Below, piece after piece: positions 31,841 to 41,724 of a stretch of 64,000 bases of DNA. Numbering within the stretch: position 1 is the first letter of the stretch; every line of letters begins with the position of its first letter. The notes under the pieces are model-generated. The model was not told the origin of the DNA, ran no database searches, and was given only the letters and a program-made list of their open reading frames with translations. Source of the DNA: Trichosphaerium sp. ATCC 40318 (Eukaryota; Protista; Tubulinea); the NCBI GenBank assembly GCA_038496445.1, contig JALMLS010000564.1:1-64000 (forward strand), written 5' to 3'. Made by a program: the position numbers and the translations under genes.

Positions 31841-31934
31841 GGGGCGGAAGGCTTTTAACCCTAGATTTAACACTTGACTTAATTTCTCGCACTTACACAA
31901 AAACTGTTCTCACATTTACTTATGCTTAACCCTA
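31841..31934 (+). promoter_or_regulatory. Candidate promoter elements upstream of the snoRNA pair: GGGGCGG and two TAACCCTA (telo-box-like) motifs
   Basis: GGGGCGG at 31841-31847; TAACCCTA at 31856-31863 and 31927-31934. Confidence 0.35.
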
Positions 31935-31954
31935 CATAGTGAACTCACTGAAGG

Positions 31955-32077
31955 TATTTTACCACATAGTTGGTTAGTACCTCGTATTCGATATAATGTA
32001 GAGGTGGAGTAAATAAGTTCAGTGAACTTATGACAAAGACATTGCCCTCACTGTGTTTAGAATCATTGAATACAATT
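31955..32077 (+). ncRNA. Candidate box H/ACA snoRNA no. 1 (5' end approximate)
   Basis: A 5' hairpin region precedes H box AAATAA (32011-32016). The 3' hairpin has lower stem TTCAGTGA/TCATTGAA, an internal pocket and upper stem GACA/TGTT. ACA at 32072-32074 lies exactly 14 nt after the upper stem. Confidence 0.5.
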
Positions 32078-32109
32078 ATCGTGAATTCGTAAATTAAAAC
32101 AGATGTACA

Positions 32110-32244
32110 CAAGCTACAAAAGGTACGTGCAACGGTATAAAAATGTTTGATACATGCGTATATAGCCACCATACAATTGTTAGCAGTAAAGAGCCCATCA
32201 GTGGTTGTTTTCATTAACACCACTGCCGGTTGCTCTTTACATTA
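32110..32244 (+). ncRNA. Candidate box H/ACA snoRNA no. 2 (5' end approximate); predicted LSU rRNA PTC guide
   Basis: H box ATACAA at 32171-32176. The 3' hairpin has lower stem AAAGAGC/GCTCTTT, pocket CCATC/GCCGGTT and upper stem AGTGGT/ACCACT. ACA at 32239-32241 lies exactly 14 nt after the upper stem. Confidence 0.6.
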
Positions 32245-32424
32245 AACCTTACTACACGCGGTTTTGCGCCTTTATGGTAGTAGTATTTTTAGTATTTATT
32301 CTACAGATCGATCACCGTTGCCCGTCTCGTATCGAGACAGTTTTCACAACCTAATAACTATTGATTACACGTGTTTCCAGCAGTTTTATTTATTTTCGTT
32401 TAGAAGGTCTCAAATCAGAAGAAT

Positions 32425-33366
32425 ATGACTTCTTTGACGTTACTTGATCTTCCATGTGAAGTACAATTACATTTTTGCACGTTCAATGCTGAATCATTCA
32501 CAAAATTCCACACTCTTTCGAAAAGAGCAGCAACAAACACTCATTTTGATGAGAAACTAAATCGCAAAGGATTATGGATATCATGGTATAAATGTGGAAA
32601 AGTTTGCCACCATAAATCCACATTGACTGGGCCAATTATAACGTGGTACAGAAATGGACAACTTTCACAACTAGCCAGGTACGTTGACGGTAAATTTGAT
32701 GGTGAAATCAACACGTGGTATGAAAACGGTCAACCACAGGCAAAAGGCAACTATGTTAAAGGCAAAAAACATGGTGAATTCGCAACGTGGTATCGAGGTG
32801 GTCAGCTCCATACACGAAGAATAATGGTTGATGGTAAACGCCATGGTGAAGAAGAATATTGGCATGAAAATGGTCAAATTCTCCAGCAATGCACATGGGT
32901 TAATGGTAAACGACATGGTCATGTCAGTGTGTGGTACAAGAATGGACAACTTCAAAGACAAGGCACATGTGTTTACAATGAAAAATATGGGTTAATAAAA
33001 GAGTGGTACGAGGATGGGCAGCTTAAGGAAGAGAGCACGTGGGTTAAAGGTAAAAAAAATGGTGAATCTAAAGTATGGCACAAAAATGGAGTACTCGCTG
33101 AGCTTAGTGTGTGGGTCAATGGAGAACGAAAAGAGTGTAAAGTATGGCATCTAACCGGAATAAGTGGAGGTGTAAATGAAGATGTAAAGCGTTGGTTTAG
33201 TAATATTGGAGAAAACAAGGAAAAAACTCAAAAAAGCTTAGTAGGAAGATCTTTCGATGTTATCTTGTTTCCTTTCCATGCGTTCAAACGTGTTTTGTAT
33301 GCTTGGTTCAGGTACTTTGGTAGCGCTTTCAATACGTCAATGTCATACTGGTTTCGAAAAATATAA
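32425..33366 (+). CDS. Intronless F-box-like + MORN-variant (YwqK-like) repeat protein, 313 aa
   Basis: N-terminal LLDLPCEVQLHF is F-box-like. About 7 repeats of 24 aa follow (WYxNGQ...G.Y..GK.HG). The ORF is uninterrupted. Confidence 0.85.
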   Translation: MTSLTLLDLPCEVQLHFCTFNAESFTKFHTLSKRAATNTHFDEKLNRKGLWISWYKCGKVCHHKSTLTGPIITWYRNGQLSQLARYVDGKFDGEINTWYENGQPQAKGNYVKGKKHGEFATWYRGGQLHTRRIMVDGKRHGEEEYWHENGQILQQCTWVNGKRHGHVSVWYKNGQLQRQGTCVYNEKYGLIKEWYEDGQLKEESTWVKGKKNGESKVWHKNGVLAELSVWVNGERKECKVWHLTGISGGVNEDVKRWFSNIGENKEKTQKSLVGRSFDVILFPFHAFKRVLYAWFRYFGSAFNTSMSYWFRKI

Positions 33367-33904
33367 ATCCGCACACCAATAGCAAAGCACTGTGCAATAA
33401 ATTACTGTTATAATTATGTTACAAAATTGTATACCCCTTGTTATTCCTTTGTAACGTACGAAAGTGGCACATGGGGTTGTACTGATTAGAGAACCGGTGC
33501 GTAAGGGAATAAAAAAACCCAACATCTCGTTAAGAGTTTTTTTAACGAAGGTAACCACAGTTGCAAGTTTACTTTATATTGCAATTTGGTTTCGTCCAGT
33601 TTACGAGATTTACAATTCTTCCCAGGTGAATGAAGTGCTACTGTTGATGCCAGTGTAAAGAAGATAATGAACAGCACGTGATACTTTATCTAGTAACCAC
33701 TAGTTGGGATACTAGATTTCCTAAACCGGATTTGTTTTTTGGAAACGCGAAAAGTTCTAACTTAACTCAATTGTAGGGTGTCTGCTAAGTGCGCAATTTG
33801 TATATTTTTTGACACGTATAGCCATCAGCGAGTCTGTAGAACTCGATAAACACTAGTTGTGCTACACACGACTTTTAAACCTATAGCAGTTTTTAATTGT
33901 AACA

Positions 33905-36900
33905 ATGGCCGATATGGACGTATTAGCGCGTGCAAAGGCAGCAATGGAAGCTGCCAGAAGTACGTCTGTTTTATTTATTGTCTAAAGTGCCAGTATACGC
34001 TTTAAAGTATTCTGTTAGCAATAACAATCAAAATCACGCTACAGAAAGACATTTCGTCAGAAAATTTTCTAAACAATCGCTAGGCGGACCTGAAACTACT
34101 CCTACACCAGCGCCAGGAATGAGCAAAGCTGAGAAACGACGATTAGAGCGCGAAAAGTGCGTATAATCATAATTATTCCAAAAAGACTAAAAAAGCTACC
34201 ACGAATACCCAGTTTTGAATTTGATTGCACGTGCTTTATTCCCACTTATGTTTTTCTTATCAGACGTGCTGAGGCCAAGAGAAAACAAGAAGAGGCATCA
34301 GCGCAAGCCAACGAACAAACGAGTACTCCAGCTCCATCAAAACAACGTCAGAGAACTCCACCACGTGCTAGTTCAGCGCAATCAGTACGTGTTGTTATTT
34401 TTTTTCTTTTTTTTGTACATTTATTTTTTGTTCTGATTTTTTTTGGTTTGTGTAGAGTCCGTCAAGTCTTAATATTACAAAGAAGAGAACGTCTAATTTA
34501 CGTTCTGTATTTGAAGGTGGTTCATCACAACAACAGGAAGAACCAGTACGAGATAAAAAAGGAAAAGTTCAATCAAGTGTCACATGTTTTTTTTTCGAAG
34601 TCATTTGACACTTGCCAGCTCAAACTTTTTCTTACTGTTTGAATTTATTAATTAAGTATTTACCGCATTGAATTAAATTACATGGATAAATAATTCGCAA
34701 GAGCTGCCACTACTAAATATTCTTCTTTTTCAATGTTTTTTTAAAGCCCATTTTTAACAAAGAACTAGGCTCCAAAACCACGTGCGCAAACACCACCAAG
34801 GAAAGTGTTCAAACCTGCTACACCTGTAAGAGATGCACCAGAACCAGAAAAACCAAAACCACAGGTACGTTCGAACGACTAAAGAAAAGTACTAAACCAT
34901 CAGCCTAAACAACAGCCAAAAAATTGGGAAAGAACACATATAGAAGCTGTACTAGAAAAGAAACCTTCGCGTAATAAACAACCTGGTAAACATGTTCATA
35001 AATTCATAGCTCCAGGAGGTAACCCACAACGAAAAAATTGTGCAAATCAACCACATGGGCATCTCTAACACGTTTATTTGTAGGTAAGGCAGATGATGAA
35101 GTACTTGGTTCAGATGGCAAAGTAGATTTCAGAAATGCTCTGGTACGGCATACAAGTCCACCTTTGGTTTACTAAATAGACTGGGTTAGCGTTCTCGACG
35201 CAAGAACTCATCTCCAAGAGCTGTTGAGCCTCGAAAAGTAGAACCTAAACCAGAACCTGAACCGGAACCTGAACCAGAACCTGAACCTGTTAAGCCTCAG
35301 CAACGTTCGATGCCTACACGACCAGTTCGAAATACACCTGTCTCCAAGGTCGATGATGAAGAAGAAGATGGAGAAAATCTAACAGAGTATCAACGTAAAG
35401 CTCTAGAACGCAAGCGTAGAATAGCAGCAAGGAAGAACAAAACACAAGAGAAATCGTACGATATTGAGGAAATGTATTATTTGAATTACTTGCTAACTCT
35501 TTTTAGTACACCACAGCAACCCAAACCTAAGCAGAGCTCACCAGTTAAGGAACCAGTGAAAAAGCGTAAGACAGACTTAAGGGGAATCTAGGAACTGACG
35601 TGTTACTTGTAGAGCCACAGAATAAGCCACAGAATAAGCCAGCAAGAGGACTAAGCGTTAGCAAAAATCAATTTGCTCAAAGAGATGCAGCGCAAGCTAA
35701 AAATGGTTAGATTTTTAAGCTCGATTTTATGATTACCAACTATTTTCTTTCTTTATAGCAACAGGTAAAATCGTGTGCCCTGTGTGTGGTAAAAGAGTAT
35801 ACGCTATGGATAAACTTGTCATTGAAACAATAGCCTATCACAAGGTAAACATTTTGTATCACGTGTAATTTTTTTCTAATTATGTTTAACATCCCCATTA
35901 TAGACTTGTGTTAAATGTGCTCAATGTAAGAAAACGTTAAATGCTGGCAACTATGCTAGTCTTTCTGGAAACTTCTATTGCAAGCCTCACTTTAAACAAG
36001 TAAGTTCGTGTTGATATTTCGTCATTTGTTGTCCGTTCATTCTCTCTGTATTCTCGGAAAACCATTTGAGTTTAGCCAAGAGTTCATTTTGAGAGTACTT
36101 TGGCCTGTGTTTAATTTCTTTTCTTTGTAGTTGTTTAAGCTCAAGGGTAATTATGATGAAGGCTTTGGGCGTAAAAAGTTTACTGGTGGCAAAGGATCAA
36201 CACAGTCATTTGTTCCAAAACCTGGTACATAAATTAACCTCATTGCTTGTACCACTGCCTTTGATTAACATGTTTTTGTAAGGCACCAACTTTGCTGCAC
36301 CTTCAAGTTCAAGCAAACCTATTGTTATCAGAAAGAAAAAAGATACAGCACCACCTAGTAACGGCGACCAAGAGATAAATGACGCTGAAGAACAAGAACG
36401 TGAACAAGCAAGAGAACGTGAACGGGAGCAAGAACGAGCACGAGAAGAAGAAAAGAGGGCTAAAAGAGGTAAAATTTCCGTAACAGATTGTTTTTTCGAA
36501 ACCCAGCAACTAAAGTAGATATTTATAGAACGCGAGCGCAAGGAACGCGAACAAAAACAACGTGAACAAGAACGGGCTGACCAAGAAAAACGAGAGCGAA
36601 GACAACGCGAAGAAAATGAGAGACGAGAGCGTGAAGAGCGTGAAAGGGCAGAGCGTGAAGAGCGTGAAAGGACAGAGCGTGAAAGGATCGAAAAAGAACA
36701 TAGAGAACGAGAAAAAGAGGAACGGTTGAGAATACAGCGTGAGGCTCAGGAAACCAAAAGAATAGCGGATGAAGAAGAAGAGAGACAAAGAATAGAGCGT
36801 GACCGCATTGCACAAGAAGAAGCAGCTATACAACAAAGAACAACTAATAAACGCAAGCAACTTGAACGCTTGGAGCGTGAAGCACGTGAATTAAAGGAGC

Positions 36901-39831
36901 GTGAAGCACGTGCATTGAAGGAGCGTGAGCTAGCACTACAAAAGCTTGAAGATGAGCGTAAGGAAACAGAAAGAGCTGAGCTTGAGAGACAACAGCGAGA
37001 AGAAGAAGAAAGGAACAGAAAAGAACTTCAAGCACAAGAAGAAGCAGATTCAGCTGAAGCCAAACGTCTTGCTGCTTTAAGAGAGCGTGTTGAAGCTAAA
37101 AAACGTGCTTTACAAGAGAAGAAAAGGTTAGAACAAGAAGAAGCGACGTTGCTCCAACAAGAAGCCGAGCAGCAAGCAAAAGAAGCTGAGCAACAAAGAA
37201 AAGAAGCCGAGCAACAAGCAAAAGAAGCTGAGCGTCAAGAAAATGAGCGACAGATCAGAGAAGAAAGAGAGCGTGCAGAAGAGCAGAGAAAGAAGGGCGA
37301 AGAGGAACGACGTGCACAAGAGGTTGCAAGAATGGCAAAAGAGGATGCCGATGCTAAAGCAAGAAGAGCTGCTCAACTTGAAGCTGAAGCTAAGAGAAAA
37401 GCTCAGATTGAGAAAACAAATGAAGATGAGCGTCAGAGGCGCTTGCGCGCTGATTTTGCTTCACAACAAACTAGCCAAGTCAAGCCACAACCAAAGAAAC
37501 AAGTAAGAAGGCCTGCTGTTGTTAAGGAAGAGCAACCAAAAAAGAAACAAAAGGAAGAAGAAGTACTTTCTTTTCTGGATGAACCCAAGAAAGAGGAGAA
37601 TATCTTTGATAATGTTGCCATTGATAATGGTAGTGTACAAGTATGTGTTATTGTGTTGATGTTACTTTTTGTTGGTAGTTGACACGTGTTGTAGAAGAGT
37701 AACGGTTCAAGTGCTGCTCAACTTCGAGAACAAAGAAGGAAGCGTGAAGTATTTGAGTCAAGCAACAGTAGAGTTCTTGTTGCACAAAGAAGCCAACAAG
37801 CTCATGAAGGCGAAGCTTCGGGTCATCATACACAAATCATACAAGTATGGACTTTTGGTGATAACACAAACGGCGAAGCTGGACACAATACAACACAACG
37901 TAAGTGTTATCCACTCTTACTGTAACACTTCCAAGAAGCTTACATTGTATTTTAGAGATGTACACCAAACCAACGCATATTCGGGAATATGCTGATGTTA
38001 TGTGGAATTCTGTGTCTTATGGTACAGGTATGGCTGTTGGATTATCCAAAGAGGGCGATGTGTATGCTTGGGGTGATTCTCTTGAACTCTCAAAATCACC
38101 TAAACCTGTTAAGGCATTTTATGGCGTTTCTTTTAGAGATATAGCCGCAGGAGGTGGTAATGTTGGAGGTGTAACTACTGAGAACAGTTTGATGATATGG
38201 ACAAAAAGGTAAAGCTGGAGAACTTGGTTTTTTTTCGATGCCTGAATTCAGCTTTTTAATAATGAATAGCGCTCCTTGGGCTGGTGTTAACCATAAACCA
38301 CGATACTTTGGATTTGGTAAAGATGTATCATTTAAGAGCATATCTGTCAGTAATAATCACATTGTGGCCCTTACAGATAGTGGCGCGTTGTACTCATGTA
38401 CGCACAAAAAAAACAGATTTAATTTTTTATGAGCGTTGATCAGGAGGTTTTTTTGCACCCGCGATAGATGTTCTGTACCTCTAACTTACGCCTTTTAAAT
38501 AGGGGGTGATGGAAAGTATGGAAAGCTTGGCCATGGATCCGCAGATACTGTAGAAGCACCAAAACTCATTGAAGGTTACAACAGTGTACATTTTACAAAA
38601 GTAGAACTTGGCAAGTTCCACTCAGTTGCTGTAACAGGTACATCCACATAGTTTTTTTTTTTGCTTTTATCTAAACTTTTTGATAATAGATCTTGGGTTC
38701 ATTTACACATGGGGTTTTGGAAAAGCAGGACAATTAGGTCACGGCGATAGAAGATCCCAGATGCGTCCTAAAAAAATTGATGGATACGATATGCTAAAGT
38801 TCATTGATATCGGTGCAGGTACGTCAATGTGCAGCATATTATACGCTTGTAACCAATAACTGATTGTTATTTTATAGGATCCACACAAACAGGTGCTATC
38901 ACAGGTATGTGTTATAAAACGGAAACGGAGCAGAACAGAAACTTTAGTGTTTGTTACTTCTCTTAACTTATGTTACGTAGATGTTGGACAGTTTTATCTG
39001 TTTGGTAATCAAAAACTTGAACCAGTTTCTGTACCTGTGCCAAATGCAGAATTCAAGGCAATCGCTATGGGTGCACTTCATATACTACTTTTAACAGGTA
39101 CGGTTTCTATCACAATCACACAGAGAGTTGCTGAAAACTAGGAATGTTTTAAGAATGCTCGCTAAACTGTTGTCTAATGTTCTCTTCCTCTAGTTGATGG
39201 TATCATATTCAGTTCAGGATATGGAAAATACGGTCAATTAGGTCATGCTGATGTTTGTAACGAAGCAACACCAAGAAAGGTGATAATTGAAGGAGATATT
39301 CGATTTGCTTCGATTCACGCTGGTTCCAACAACTCTGCTGCATTAGCTGGTATGTTCACATATTCAAGTGATTTTTATTCTCACGCATTTGTGCTAGCTC
39401 GTATGGATATTAGAAAACGTCGTGTTGAGATCTTGGTTGAATTCCAAGGGAAGAAGAAAGTGTTAAAACCTGTTTTTTCAACAAAAGAGGATCTTCATCG
39501 TCTTATATCTAGAAGCTTTAATTTAGATCCTTCAGAGGTTAATGTTGAATACTATAATGATAAGTACTCAGAATATGTTGAACTTGATACTGAGGAACAT
39601 GTGAGAGATGGTACAAAGCTTAAACTTGTTCCAAGAGCAGAAGCAAAAGATGAAATGAGAGAATCATTATATTATTGGATGGCACTTGCATTAAAGCTTC
39701 AACAAATACAGCATGGTCATAATGGAAACTTTGATAATCAAGGCACTTGGGAGAAGCTTGAGGGTGAGAATGTTGATTGGCGTAAATGGCCTGAAGCTAT
39801 TCAGCTAGCTCTTTCCAAGTTTAATGACTAA
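33905..39831 (+). CDS. Large cytoskeletal/scaffold protein: P-rich N-terminus, LIM domain, E/R/K-rich helix, RCC1 repeats, C-terminal unknown domain
   Basis: LIM domain CPVCGKRVYAMD...HK|TCVKCAQC...[20 protein letters not shown], then about 350 aa of E/R/K-rich helix. RCC1 repeats include WGDGKYGKLGHG, WGFGKAGQLGHGD and GYGKYGQLGH. Confidence 0.85.
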
Positions 39832-40071
39832 ACAAGAATTCAACAAAAACCCATCAATTTTTTTTTAGTTGTAAGTCAAAATAAACAGTTACTTTTAGTG
39901 CCAGTGAGCGTATTTTTATATGAGTCGTTGCACAAGACTATTGCCAGGTGGGATTTAGAAGCACGTGTTATCTTAGTGTCGACAGATTGTGTACGCGTCC
40001 GAATATGCGTTTTTTTTAGCGAGGAAAAAGTTTTACTTTGTATTGGCTTTTATTTCTGTTTTGAGTCAAGA

Positions 40072-41413
40072 ATGAGCGCGTCTGCTATTTGTAAGCTACC
40101 TGGATGTACCAAACCCGCATGGCAAGATGAGGGAAAAGCTCCTTATGATTATTGCTGCCGAACGCATGCTCTGAAGGCAATTGAAATACAAAAATACCCA
40201 GAGGACGTTTGTAAGCTTGACAATTGTAACAAACCGGTGTATTTCGATACTGCGACTGGTATTTATCTAAATTACGCGCGCAAAACTTATATTGTATGTA
40301 GGACGTGTGCACGATTATTGTAGCGCAACCCATGCTCATATCGGCACAAGCACAAAAATATGGCCCGAAAAGGAGCAAAAAGTACTCTCTGGAAAGCTAT
40401 GCGCTCTTCCTGGGTGTAGCGAACCAGTTTACTACGACAGAGTCCTAAATAAAGTTTGGGATTACTGCGGACGCGCACATACTATGAAAGCAAAGAACAG
40501 AGGATTACTTCCACCAGCACGCGATGATTTCGAACGTACATTCAAAGGTAACACAGCGGGCTTGTATTTTTCTTTTATTTTTTCCGCGGATTTTGCGGAT
40601 TTTTGCCCCCATTTTGGACTTTTTGTGTTGTATCCACCACTATTAAAATACGAGGCGGTTTTTTCAAGTGCTAGACAAAGGTAAATTACGATGGACTTGC
40701 CTTTTTTTTTTCGGAAAGATTTTTGAAGCTATAAGCGCAGTACCAAAATGACTTATGAAAAAAAAAAATGCCAAAAAAACTTACTCGCTTTCATAGGTTG
40801 TGGATACACTATTTCAGTAATGACGAATAAACATAAGAAGTATAAGAGTATTAAACGTCAATTCTATACAGAATGGAAGAAGGACGGTCATCCAGTTATC
40901 AAGAGAATACTTCAAATAGATCCTTCTCAAGAGCGGTTAGCTGTTTTCACAAGAAAAGAAAGAGAAGTAGGTAATGTACAAAGAAGGTTTCATGGTACTG
41001 CATGCAAGTGTGCATTAGGTGTTAACCTATCTTCTGGTCCTTGTAATGATGAGGAATGTAATGTTTGTAATATCTGTAAGACAGGGTTCAGGATGAAGAA
41101 GGCTGGCGAAAATTATGGGTGGTTGAGGTTTGGTCCTGGTTTATACTTCTCTCCAACTTCTGGTAAATCAAATGATTATGCGCGTGGTTCAGCCATGGAT
41201 TATAATGGTAAGACCTATAGGAAGATGTTTTTATGTAAGGTTGCTGTTGGTAAACCTTGGAAAACTCAAATTTCCCATCTGGATATGAAAGGCCCTCCTG
41301 ATGGTTTTGATTCTGTTGAAGGTGTTACTGGTAAAGATTTGAATTATCCTGAGCTTGTTGTATACAATACTGATGTGGTAATCCCTGCTTATTTGATTGT
41401 ATACAGCTTATAA
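40072..41413 (+). CDS. PARP-family ADP-ribosyltransferase with three N-terminal C3H zinc-finger-like repeats
   Basis: Three C-x4-C-x2-P...DYC-x3-H repeats. The catalytic domain has RRFHGT, FGPGLYFS, SGKSNDY, MFLCKVAVG and NYPELVVY...PAYLIVY. Confidence 0.88.
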
Positions 41414-41724
41414 AACGTGATACATGGTGGCGCCATTACTCGGCTTTTTTTGATAAGACTCTGTCAAGAATCCTGAGAAATGATGCATTACAAACTCTCT
41501 CGTATTGCGTACATCACTTAGATAGAACATGTCGTCAGGTTAACAAATAAACTTTAAGTTTTTTGGATGTTTTGACATCGGCACAAGTACATATTTGTAC
41601 CGTTTGCATTGAAGCCACTGTTCCGTAAGCGGCACCGCCATCAACGCCGTAAGAAACCATGCTTGAAAACAGCTTTACTGTACGTTGACTAAGACCTCTT
41701 TTTTGTGTAAGAATCAAAGCTCTA

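Noticed and set aside
33689-33717. Small inverted repeat TCTAGTA...TACTAGA
   Set aside because: Too short to distinguish from chance, with no box motifs or TSD.
36206-37621. Several long minus-strand ORFs rich in F/L/S
   Set aside because: They are antisense shadows of the purine-rich E/R/K-coding exon. The same applies to shadows over the HROB and OSCA low-complexity exons.
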